Part shown: piece after piece, positions 38,701 through 51,100 of the stretch | How the letters are laid out: the number at the start of each line of letters is the position of its first letter | How positions within the stretch are numbered: the stretch's first letter is position 1 | Assembly: GCA_040954595.2 (NCBI GenBank) | Contig: CM082593.2 | Span: 1,250,901-1,314,900 of the forward strand | Origin: Balanoglossus misakiensis | Lineage: Eukaryota > Animalia > Hemichordata | Reading direction: 5' to 3' | Length of the DNA: 64,000 nucleotides | The notes under the pieces: model-generated | Database searches by the model: none | Told to the model about the DNA's origin: nothing | The model's input: only the letters and a program-made list of their open reading frames with translations | Translations under genes and position numbers: made by a program

Positions 38701-39872
38701 ATGTTTTTAAATGTCAACTCTGTCACCTATGTAAAACTAAGCACTGTTACCATGGAAATTTCAATTATAGCCGATAATAGATTATAAGCGCCACCAGTCC
38801 GCATTCGAAGACTTAGACACACCCATAGGCATATGCAAATTAGAGGTGACTGTATACTAGGCCTCTAAACACTATTGCCCCGATGGAAGAAGAGAAACAA
38901 TAGAAAACTTTAGTTCCGTCTGTACATGAATTTCTCCAATACATGTAAATCACATGCAGAAAATGATAAGAATTTCCATTGGTTTAACAGAAGTGGTAGT
39001 CATCATGCTAGTTCCTTCTCGTCATCATCCATTTCAGCACGAAGAAAAATTGGCTCGATAGTAAGCATCTTGGTGTATAAACTACGGTATTTAGTTGCCA
39101 AATGTGAACTCTATTGTACAAATTGGCCATTAATTGCAAACATACATTCTTCTAAGCAGGGAAGATGTTAGAGCTTATAATGAAAGCATGGATTTCATAC
39201 GTCGTACATACATGTACCGGTATATGTACAATGTATTCATAAACTCTAATTAGTTGCGATTAATCTTTAAGTTATCACGTTAATACTCAACTCAGGATTA
39301 TTTGGACACAACTTTGCTGACAAGCCCCGAAGGAATACACATTTACTGGTCACAAATTGGTCGTGTTGTGTGCTATGGAACTGTATAGAAAATATACCTG
39401 CAGTCATTGCCATGTTAAATTTGTTTTATTCCCATGGGCAGGAAAGTGGATTTCAAATATGCCAAACGACATGCCGGTATGTAGAATAAGGATAATAAAA
39501 GTTGCTGTATTGATACAAACTTTTTTTTACATCTGCGCAAAGCTTTTGCTGTTATGGATAATAATATTGTAATTCCCCCAAGCATATTTGGTTAACACAA
39601 GCTACTCAAAGCAATTTGCGTGGCGTAATTAGAATCAGCAGATTACGGTTACATTATATATTAATGACAAGGGAATCGTATCAATCATAATATTTATAAG
39701 CATGTCACCTAAACACAAGCAAACAAGAACAGCACCATAATACAGTCGAGCTGATTGTTACAGTACAGGTATGGCAAGAAATAACTCAGGTGCCTGGACG
39801 TTTCATACAAGGCCTTAGCACTTTTTTCCTGCAGTGCCATGCTAAATTTACGGAGCAGAGACTACAGAATTT

Positions 39873-40100
39873 GTAGTACGCACTTCCGGGACAGATTTTC
39901 AGAACAATGATGACCCACAAAGTTTTGAATTCTTTGTTTTATTGAAGCATGTCAGGCGGCTTTTTTGAGAACAGAGAAGAAAACAATGTTCACCGTCGTG
40001 ATTCGGACAAATCACAGTTGGCGGCCATTTTGAATTTAACATTTTGAGACAATATGACTCTCAATCATACTTTTCTACGGTGGCCCCTAATTTGTATGTC
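39873..40100 (+). mobile_element. Partial copy of the same element family in gene D intron 1
   Basis: gtagtacgcacttccgggacagattttcagaa...gaagaaaac...ggcggccattttgaattt...gtggcccctaatt parallels 26611-26860. Confidence 0.65.
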
Positions 40101-41866
40101 TGCTTTATTATAAACAATTATAAAAGACACATACTCAGGCTGTGTCGGCAGTAATGAACACATTTCCGAAAGGGGAATCTTCACCCGAAACAGCTTTGCT
40201 TACTCCTTGAAGGACAAGTCATTAAATCTGAATGGCAAACAGATAAGGATGTACTCAGCCTGAATCGTCACGCCTGATTCTTATTCAAGCTTACAAAATG
40301 CTCTGGGTACAAAGTGAACTAAATACAGTATCGTTATTAATCCTAGATGAGGAACGTGCTCTTCTAAATGTTAGCCAGAGGCGAAATACCTGCATCAAAC
40401 CTTGTAAGATTAAAATAAGAGAGAGAATCAGAGAGGGGAGGGTGGAGGGATGGGAAGATTGGGTGCAGGTAAAATCCTTCAAATGTAATTTACAAGCTAA
40501 CTACCAGTACTTTTGCTGGATGTTTATATTTGGTGTAAATAATTATTTTTTTCAGAACCACATAGAGAGTGATCGGTTTGTGTTATTTTGACCTTCTCAC
40601 CTTTCCAGAATTGTTATCTCGTCAATGCAATGGCGCGTATCTCCTGAATGTTTGCCGAATAATCTTGTTCGACAAACGATGTTTAGCGAACTATTTTAAT
40701 TGCCGTGTTATTTCAATGCAATTGCATTTTCCTGGCAAATGAACTCTCGGGAAACTCAACGCAATTACAAACTAACAGTCTGCGACCCCAATAGATATAA
40801 ATTCGCCGCGCGACCTTGGGGGATACTTGTATATATTTAGGGGTAGTTAAATAGGATTCCATATTTGTGAATTTGTCCTTGGAATGGCTGTCCAGGTGTC
40901 GCAACCAACCACACGTTCCAATTTGCGGAAATAAAAATAAGTGATTGTTAGAATTCAGGTCAACATCACATGTTTTTTATTCGGTGTTGGGACAGTGGTG
41001 GGTTGAAGGCCAAATGGAATTACAGGAATTAGTTCTCATTACGTTTAGGCAATAGAACCTGTATAAAGTTACTGAAGTTGAAAATCACCAATCAGGAGAT
41101 CAGTTACAAAATTAATGTACAAAAGGTTGGTGGCGTGTAGGTTAGGTCAGCAATTATTGCCATGTGCACTCTACTGCATCCACAGCTGGCAAAAAGTACC
41201 CAATTGTTTTACAATATTATTTTTAATACTCTTAGCACAGGCAATAATGGGAAAACATTAACCTTTTCAGAAAACGATAACAATGCTTTTATTTTTAACA
41301 TGTTTATATTTTTTTTATATTCCGAGTCATCTACGTTTCACGCCAACACAATACAGTAGACATTTGAAATCTTTCTAAATGAACTATTTCACTAGAGTTG
41401 AGTGTGGTGGGATAATATGTCAATGGGATTTATGTATAGCTTAATTGACTTATCGCAAAATGTTTACAACTGCGCACAGTGTGTTTACTGCCGATCTTCA
41501 ATGGGAAAGCAAAGTCACCATCGTTTAATATGGCAATAAATTGCAGCAAACTGTCATCAATGTTTTACAGTAACATGACGCCATATGGCACAAACTGTGA
41601 TTAGACTAACTTTTAGATTAGTGTTGTCCTTATCTCATACATTACAGTGCATTAAAGTTCATGCAACCATGCTAATAGAGAGCAATGATAGCCTGCATGA
41701 GTGTCCGCGTTTATCTGCCATTCTCCCCCTTTATCTCTCTCTCTCTCTTCCATTTCTCTCTCTCCCTCCCTCCCAGACACACAAAATGCCGGTTGACAGG
41801 GAATTTGACTCGCTTTAAGTCCACATTTAATACATCCGAATTGTTTTAATGCTTTGATTTTAACAG

Positions 41867-42289
41867 GTGTCTGTCCTCGTTAGTATCTTCACATTAGTGG
41901 TAATCAGCGTGGACAGGTGGCGAGCAGTCGAAAATCCTTTACGGGTTCGCACAAGATCACCAAGTTACCGAAAAATGGCAACAGTTGTCGGAGTATGGTT
42001 ACTGGCCATCAACACTTCAGTCATCCAGTTGATCATTACCCGCACCTTCACCACAGAGATTGCAGACAACGTCACCATCACCATTTGTCATGAAGACTGG
42101 TCCGGATCTCCATCCGCCCCGATCGCTTATGAAATCTTCTTTTCCGTTTTCTTTTTCGTGATACCGCTTGTGATTCTGTGCGGCCTGTATGGTAGGATCG
42201 TTAATCGACTGTGGACCCGAAACGTTCCTCACGAAGATGGCGGAAGTAGATACAAAATGTATGAGCAGCAATTGCAAATGAAATGGAAG
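41867..42289 (+). CDS. Gene D GPCR exon 2 (TM3-TM5, ICL3)
   Basis: Acceptor gattttaacag; VSVLVSIFTLVVISVDRWRAVENPL...CHEDW...FVIPLVILCGLYGRI...MKWK; donor AAG|GTAAGA. Confidence 0.94.
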
Positions 42290-43203
42290 GTAAGAAGGCT
42301 CGACTTCCAGAAGTTCACTTAATGTTGGCAATACACAAAATCAGTCTCCAATTGACCCATTTGAATGCTCAAGGTTACAATACACAACGTTTCCAAATTA
42401 CTCGATGCGGATAATTTGGGGATGTGACAAGAAAAACAGGAACTAATTAAGAAAACACGGCGCTAGCAAATTGAAAACTAAAAGAGTAGAAGAAAGCTGG
42501 TGCCTATGTTGCACATTTTAGCCACAAACGCTCAAAGGAAAGAGGTTCCTGCATTTTGTATGTTATCTACGGAATGTGTGTTACGACCAACAAAATGGAA
42601 CATCATATGTAATTATAATACAGCCATAAATTTTGCATGAATCTGACTGTAGATTCACTCCTGATATCAACAAAGGCTTACTCACGACGACATAGTTTTA
42701 TAGAAACTACAATTATCTTTGTGGAGTTTTTGGACGATGATTTATGATTATGGGAGACAGGAAGGCAAACATTAACGAAATCAGTCATCTTGGTTTTGCC
42801 AATTAAATACATGCACAGATTTTCCTTTCAGAAGCTTCTTCCTCATAAATAAACTTGAACATAATTGGACAGGACGGTGACGTTCACATACTCGTACATT
42901 ATTTAAATTTAGGCTGTGTGCGTAAGTTGAATAAATGACTTAGGATGTCGGACCAGAACTTCAACTACTGAAATTGAATACACTCTGGAATCGGTAAAAC
43001 TGTGGATGACGCCCGTGTCATCAAAATCTATTAAAGGTGATACAGATGAATTCTCCAGTGTGTCGAAGGGCATAAATATTTTAAATTACCTACGATTAAT
43101 TCATTAGAAATGACCTGACCTAATAGGCCGTTCAATGATTCATCAAGGTGCAACATCAACGCGAATACCCATGGGGATTTACTTTGTTTGTACTTTCCCT
43201 TAG

Positions 43204-43419
43204 GTGGTTCGAATGGTCTTACTGGTGGTATCCGTGTTCTTCCTGTGCTGGTTGCCGTTACATATTTTGCGGTTGGTTGTCATGGCAAACCCTCTCATCA
43301 TGTACAAGGAAGATAACGCTATTATCATCGTGAAAATCTACTTTGCAGTCCACTTTCTAGCAATGGCTAACAGTTTCTTTAACCCGGTTATCTACACGTT
43401 CCTGGATGAAAAGTTTAGA
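43204..43419 (+). CDS. Gene D GPCR exon 3 (TM6-TM7)
   Basis: Acceptor ctttcccttag; VVRMVLLVVSVFFLCWLP...NSFFNPVIYTFLDEKFR; donor AGA|GTAAGT. Confidence 0.94.
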
Positions 43420-43504
43420 GTAAGTTCTTATTTTTATTTTATACACAGAATGATTTTTTCCGACCATTGCAGGAACTCGCAATGAGTGGAATTCATTAAT
43501 TATA

Positions 43505-43559
43505 TATAGCAACAGGTTGTATTACTTGGCAACCTGTTGCTATAAGCCAAGTAATACAA
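43505..43559. repeat. Interlocked perfect inverted repeats (A-B-A'-B')
   Basis: 43505-43519 pairs with 43530-43544 (15 bp); 43517-43530 pairs with 43546-43559 (14 bp). Confidence 0.9.
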
Positions 43560-44987
43560 GTCAAGCATTGTGCGAAACTAGTGGGATTTGTGGCCTCTGA
43601 GTTATGCTCTCTATTTTGAGGTAATTTGAAATCTCTTTGGTTCTTGAAGTTAGTTGTGTCAGCAATTTTTTTTCAGTTTGGTAATTGTTTAAAGGTAATT
43701 GCTCATGTTGAAAATGTGTTTTGCAGTGTGCAGAACATAAAACTGTACCAGAGTGGGCTAATGAAGAAGTCCGGAGCCGGCTGAAAGGATTAATCGATTA
43801 TGGATATTTCTTGTTGTTTGTATATCGCACTTTAATAATTTAGAACCAATATGCCGCCGCCATCATTTTATGAGCTTCAGAAAATTGATTATTATGGCAA
43901 CACAAAGCTGTCGGCCAGGACATGATCACCAACGGTCTTGCGTTTGCAGAAGCCAGTTGTAGACATAGAAGCTTTCAAAATAGACTTGGTGCTCGGGGTT
44001 GGGAGCAATTTGAGTTGATTGTTCACTGTTTAAATAATTTCCCAAGTCCATCCAGTCCTTGGGAAAAACGGGTTTAGCGAACCAGCCACGAATTGATGAT
44101 ATCCACAGGTATATCTTTTGAAATAAAATAAACCATAAAAGAAGGGCGTCTTTTCAGCCGACCTCATTTAATTTTATGTTCATGAATTAATAAATCACGA
44201 AGGCCTGGGGATAGTACGCGTATATAATGAAATTCAATTTTGCAGAAATAAAGAAATGACTTTTTGTATGAAGCGTGTAATCTACTGTCAGAGAATTATC
44301 ATGTAAAAGTCAGCCTATGCATGCATAAAATTCAGGATTTAACGTCGAATGGTGGGACAGACGTGCAGTAGAAATCCCGGGTGCAATCTGCCCCGTGGAA
44401 AGCCCTACCAACGCTGTTTATGTCATAAAAGGAATCGAAATCTTGAGGTGGGCTTTCAGTGTTCATAAAAGGAGGAAAACCCTCATGTTTTGCAGAGGTT
44501 TACTCTTTTTTATTGGTATTGTAACTACGGATAGGTTAACAGAGAGGTTATATGAAACCTTCTCTGACTTGTAGTTTGGTTGTTGATACAGGCAGTGTTC
44601 TCGAGCATAATTTCCGTGATCTCTTTCAGTCAATTTTAATTTTCTAGCGATTTTTTGTTCGTTCTGGTTTGCCTTGTAGATGGCATTTACTTTTTTGCAA
44701 CGCGTGATTTGAAATACAACTGAAAATCCTTTGACGTCGCTTTTTTGTGATTTTTCATATTCATTCGCGCAATGAAGGCTTTATTAACACCACATCATGG
44801 CCTCCCCTCCCCAGGGTCAGACATCATAACCATAGTAACTTGCAGGAAACATTTATCATGACTTTCATTGGAGGTGAAACTAGTAATTGAGGCAGTCATA
44901 ATGGCTGCGAATGTCTAATACACAATGCGCAGAGTTTAATAATAATTGTAACTACATGTACATTATGTTTATTTCATCTACTTACAG

Positions 44988-45113
44988 GCTGGTTTAAAGC
45001 AAGTTTTGTCTTGCAGTATCAAGAAGAACTTGAGTCGACAAAAACATCGTTCATTCACCTCCAAATCAGAGTACACCCGGACTTCATCTATAAGAGTCAT
45101 CAGCATTGTCTGA
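44988..45113 (+). CDS. Gene D GPCR exon 4 (helix 8, C-tail); not in the ORF-track frame
   Basis: Acceptor ttcatctacttacag; AGLKQVLSCSIKKNLSRQKHRSFTSKSEYTRTSSIRVISIV then TGA. Shares a helix-8 Cys and the RTSSI motif with the gene C tail. Confidence 0.82.
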   Translation, partial: AGLKQVLSCSIKKNLSRQKHRSFTSKSEYTRTSSIRVISIV

Positions 45114-48100
45114 AGGGGAATGCCAATTCATGTTTTGAGTTCATGAGTTTTCATGTGCAAAAACAAAACAGACTCACATATAATGTAAATATGATGACCT
45201 CAAGGTTGCAGACGTGATCATGATGTCCTTTCCGTTGTGAATCAATTTTGAAGTTATAGCACACATGTTTATAGAACTGCTAGTTTAATTTTGAGACAAA
45301 GTTGAAACTCTTTGTTTATCTTACATGTTTGTTAATTGTTTATTTCACTGCAAAATCTTGTTTCACGTCACATTTTTCTCAAGATAGTAGACAACTACAC
45401 GTGTTAGGCTTTTGAGAGAATTCTGTGAAGTCTCTACGTTTGAGGTAACTAGTAATTAAAGTGCATGTACATATATATCATACTTTGATTTGTGATGTTT
45501 ATTTCGTGAAAGCACACAAGAAACACGACATTTTCGTACTATTTGTGTACATTCAATTTTGCACTGTTTCTCCATTGGCAGGCATCTCTTGTAAATAATA
45601 TAATCTATAAAGTGTCTTAAAATTCTCACTTTGAGTGGTTTAGATTTGTCATAAGCTTGTTAAAAGAAGTGAAGTTAAATAGTATATTCATATTAATGAT
45701 GATATTACCCGCTTTTGTTTTTCTTTTTAATGCAAATTAACTCTAAGAACCGAACTTGTTAGATTTTAGGATAAATTTGTGTGTGACATAGAGTATTGCG
45801 TAAAGCGTTGGATTAATCATCCTGGTATCACTCTAACAAGGCCATAAACACTAGCCATAAACTCTACAAATTATTGCAAAATATTATACAGTTATGTCCA
45901 TTAAAAACAAAACATTTATGTAACCATTTTTGGGTTAACTTATATTAAGCAAAGTGCAGATCAGACGACTCTTGCATAAGTGAAGAAATTGTATTTCCTA
46001 TGTTTATTGACTTTACACAACCTTCACTGTTCTTCAATTTTATAGGGCATGTGCACCTAAGCAACAAGTCAATCAATCAAACATTATAGTATTTTATCAC
46101 ATTGTAGTACATGAGATGAGCAGCTGTTTTTTTGTATATTTGTGTATTTTCGTCCTATAGAATAAATACAAAAGAGAGCATATGTTACATGTTTTACTAT
46201 GAACTAGGTTTATTTTTCGAGTTTCGACCATGTGGATATTCCACTGATTGCTTTTGGAAGAAAACATCGGTTTATGTCTTGATTTAAGACAAAAACTATT
46301 GATCTGAGTATACCATAAGATAGTACAGACATTTTTGGGACATTGTTTACGGCAGATAACCATCTAATGTTTTTCAGAATGAGTGTCTGTTACTTTTAAA
46401 ATTGAACACTGTCATTAGACAAATGAATATACAAACTTTATAACAGATATAAATGTTAAAATATTTTGTCATTGTAGCCTTTAAGCGTTTAAGAATAAAT
46501 GATTTTAGTTCTGCGCAAGTTTTTGTATTTGAGTCGTTTATTTGTATAATTGTTTCTCATGTTTAACGTACTGGATCATGTTCGATAAAACTATCGCACA
46601 GTCAGGTCAAGTTAAATGCCTCATAACCCCGTGAAAATGTAAACAAAGTTACATGCAATCAATCGCCTTGGGTCATGCAGCTGGTTTGCATTAATAATTT
46701 TTATTACAAACTGAACGTACTTTTGCTGGCCGAGACAGAAAGAGCGAGAAGGGAAGAGAAAGGGTAGGGAGTGACGTCCCGTAGAAAATTTTTAGTACCA
46801 TGGATTCAAAATCGAGACTAGCAATGTAGATAGTTTTATAGCCTAACCACTGAAACTGTTCCTTGAGATGAATCTTTAAAGGTGAATATATTGATGTCGC
46901 CGTCTAATGTAAAGAAATACAGCAAAAGATTCTCTATGGGGTATGTATTCTATTGGGAAGCATTTTGAACTGAATAGCTTAAGTGCATGTACTCGCCATA
47001 ATCTTCTTAGATAATACAGAGCATATGGGATACTAAGTTTTCAACTTTCCATTTCAAACTTCGCCTTAAGGTATAAAGTTCACTCTGCCCTGAATTGCTC
47101 ATCCAAACGAAGTCAGAAACTCGAGGAAATCTTCAGCATCCTTGCTATCACAATTGAACTGTTGAGTGATAAAACAATCGCCGCCGACATGGCTGCCTAT
47201 ATTATAAGTGGTTTCTTAAAATATCGGTATTCATTTGAGAAGATTACTGGCAGCTATTGGCATTTACAGAGATAGCGTCGGTAAATGCATCTAACGATCC
47301 ATCGGGTGGTGTTTGCTCTTGGCCTCTTGTGATCAGAGAGAAAAGATGTTGATGAATAGTGACGATTTGGTCCGATGGCTGGTTCGAATGGCCGTTGTTG
47401 GCTTTCTTATTCATTAGCCACCAGCATCTATTGACAAATACCTAATTAACAATCGAAAATTAACAATTGATTGCAGATCCATCTATCTCATTCCGACAGT
47501 ATTCTTTGTTGTCCTTTAGTTCGCTCCAAATTGAACTGTCGCTTGTCCTGTTTAATTTAATTCCACTACAGCGATGGAGAAGAGGAGTAGATAATTAAGA
47601 TCATTAACGTTCACTCATTCATTTGGGGTTCAGTTCATTCAACTCTTGCTAAGTAATCCACAGTAAAATGCACTGGAGCCGAGAAAAACGGATGAAATGA
47701 CCTTGAACAGCAATTAACACACTTCCAAAGTTGTTCATTTGCTACAAAAGCTGAAAGCTTTGTAAGACTTCCTTTCGAGACATATCATATATTGGTATTT
47801 TCAAATGAGCGAAACCCAATATATATGAGTGGATGATTATTATTATCATGTTTATTAATGAAATTACGATATTGTTTCTTTTAAGCTTATCGGAAAATAA
47901 ATAATGCAAACATTGTGGTTTCGATCCTTAGGATTATGTATCATTGCGTGTTTGATAGTGAGGTGTGTTTGCATGTAATTTTGAATCAGGTCATGTAAAG
48001 GAGATCGTATTAAGAAGAAAATTCATACTTAGTGTTACCCATCTGTTTTTAGCGATGGTGATGTGGTTCATTCATTCTGAATACTGTCTCTAGTTATAGC

Positions 48101-51100
48101 TGGGCGATTTTTAATAGGGCACTAAAATTAAGATGTATGTGTTCGAGTCCTACAAGATATATCACCTAATCAAAGGCGTTTATCTCTTCGAAAAGCTGTA
48201 TTTTCAGTGCACGGAAATACTAACTTGTCTGTTTTCGAAGTGTTTTCAGACGATCGCAGAAGCCAGTTACAGGTTAATGTGTTTCATACATAATGCATGT
48301 ATATATCAATAATGCATTAAGTCTATGTCTAGAAAACAAGGTAAAAGATAAAACCAACCGGAGATGTTGAACAAGATTTTGTCTATGACGGCATTTTCTA
48401 GATATTACAAAAAGAGCAGCGGTACAGGCCGGAATTAATCAAACTGATAAAACTAATTTTCACTTAATTGTGAGTTTTGGTGTTGTGCTAAAAATGTTTA
48501 GAAAAGAGCTTTTCACTGCTACTGTGTCGCTCACCTCAAAACGCTCTGAATGTTATTTATTCAACTTGTTGTTACCTGCATTTCTGTTTTCGCCGTAGGC
48601 AGAAGCCTTATGCAGGGCGACTAATACCGTCACATGATACACAGATTTCCCATGCTCTTTGTCTGGTATCGAATTTGACATTTGCCACAAAAGTTGCCTT
48701 CTGATATATCACGAGGTAAAGTATTAATTTCCGAATGGAAGGCCCGTTTGGTATAATTTGTCATTTCTCCTATGGCATGGATGAATAATGGTTACCATGG
48801 TTATATCTGTTTGGTTGTCAGCAATATCACTGTGACCTGTAAGTGAGGTTTGTAACATGGCATAAAATATGCATTTTGTGGTCGGATTTGTAACCAAATA
48901 CTGCAAACGCTAGGCGCCATTGTTTGGTCGCGAAGTCCAGCGATTAATTACAGCTTCGAAAGTTCAAATGGCATTAGTAGCACACACATTTTACATTCTA
49001 TCAAACCGGAAAGTTTGTGATATCAAATATCACTTTCAAAACGACTAAAGATGTATTCTTTACTTCAGAAATCCCACACTGGATTTTGCACAAAGAAGAT
49101 TGGAAAGTAGTAAGTCAGAACACTTGCATATGCATTTGTACGGTATATTTGTAGTAAAGCTGTGGTAAAGAAAAAAAAGCTAATATTTTGTTGCTTGACA
49201 TCCAGTGAAAACATCTGTTTCAATGCTACTGCTTGAAAGCTGGAGGAAAGCGTCACAGTGTGCAAATAAACCCACAGGGCACAAACTGTGACGTCACTAC
49301 CACGGCACTGATGCGTGAATCAAGTAACTTACACTGCCTATGATATACAAGGACGATGCGACTCATCTTTTACCCCTGAAACCAATCGCGCTTTGTGAAA
49401 GAGAACACTTCGTGACAATCAGATAATGCTTGTTTGAAATCTCCAAACCATGTATCAAAGTACCCGACTGATATTTATCGACTAAGTACCACAAATCTCC
49501 AGTTTTCATGGAAACACAAAAAGGGTCAGGACACCTTGTGGTTTGTTTTTATCAAGAAATCTTGATGGTTTAGGTATTAATTATAACAATGGCAATTGAA
49601 TGTTAGTCCATGAGATGTGTTAACTAACAAAGTCGCGATTTTGAATAGTTTTCTTTTAATGTGTGATTGAAAGTTAAATTATTTTAAATTCCTTCCCATT
49701 TGTGAGAGCATTTTTGCACTCATGTTGTTCCATTTTTTCACTTCAGGTGTGGTATTTACTATTATTCATGATTTGGGTGATCGCCGTCACATCTTAAGGT
49801 GACAAAAAAGGATACCGTCACGTTTTGATATATTTTCCGAAACAAAACTTGGCAAAAATGATGATGCAGAGATTTACTGAACAAAGATGAATGTACCTCA
49901 TGATATGGACATGTCAAAAAATGTATCAATTTGTTTGATCCCCTCAGGCACTTGCTGATCAAAAAAGCCATTTGCAGTGGTCTCCTTATTAAGGCTTTCC
50001 TAAGAGCTTTCACAAAATTATGGAGGACTGCAATCAATGAACGAAGTTGAGATGCAATGCACATTACTGGCGTTGAATCCTTTCAAACGTTACCTCCAAA
50101 ATTTAACTCGTTAGAAACATTGATGAGATCAGTCTTCATGTTTCTCTCAAGGGTATATAAAGTTACCTATTATACTGAGTGTTGCCACGCGTGTGACATT
50201 TCTGAAATCATTAAAGCGAATCACTGCGACCATTCAACTTACAATGGAAAAGAACTTTGCCCTCGACGCATGGCATTCGATTTGACACGACAAACAACAT
50301 CTGGGCTGAAGGAATAATGGACGCAGTCGTGCAAAGCGGAGCGACAAACGTCCATGGGGTGAATGCTCTGAACGAATGAATGAATCCAATGACACAAGTA
50401 AGAATGAACTTCTACTCAAATAGAAGTGGTGGTATTATAATTACTAGTACAAGAAGTAAATTGTAAAGACATTTGCGTAGTTTCAAAACATTTACAAATG
50501 ATCAACATAGTTGGACAGCCCTGCCTTTTACCTTTGACAGAAGTAGGAGGCCGAGTTGGAATTTACAGTACCCTCCTAGGAGATTATACCGGTATACTTG
50601 TTGCATGTGTTGGTGACAATCAATGTACAAAAACACACACCAGGGTTGTTTGATGTATAATTTGAAAATTTATTGATGTTGTTTCATTGAAAAATGCACT
50701 GCCTTTAGATAGATGTGTTTTATTCGGATTTAGTTGACAGTATTTGGTGTGTGTATCCATTATCTGTTTAGGTTGTCGTACCAATTTTTTTAATTAGAGC
50801 CTTTCTGAGTAATTTGATATTGAGAAATTTCAAAACTGAACACACTCAATAGATTTGTGTGTTTTTAGCGTTCACAAGAGTTACAGGGACATTCACCTGG
50901 CTATAGTCTTTGAGAGAAAGTTCTTTCATGTTGCTATCAGTAGATCGATTCTTGTGGGCAGATTCCGAAGGGGATATGAAATCAGCGGAAATCAATTTCA
51001 CTTGGGTGAGTGTGTCGTAATAGGATCTCATGCTGTGTCAGTTTTCTACACGACGCGGCGCTCAGAAGTGGCAACTTTCTTCCGAATGAAGACTTGTTCA

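Larger units (their letters stand above)
34586..45113 (+). other. Gene D model: neuropeptide-type class A GPCR, paralog of gene C, 406 aa
   Basis: Exons 34586-35041, 41867-42289, 43204-43419 and 44988-45113, all phase 0, total 1221 nt. Strong Kozak context accATGg. Motifs: GN, LAVSD..MPFTF, WTFG..C, DRW, CWLP, HFLAMANSFFNPVIY. Confidence 0.94.

Noticed and set aside
45011-45217. 68-aa ORF as the last exon of gene D
   Set aside because: Wrong frame for the phase-0 acceptor at 44988; the correct frame ends at 45113 and matches the paralog tail.
48090-48155. tRNA/SINE B-box-like GTTCGAGTCC
   Set aside because: No convincing A-box, cloverleaf or second copy.
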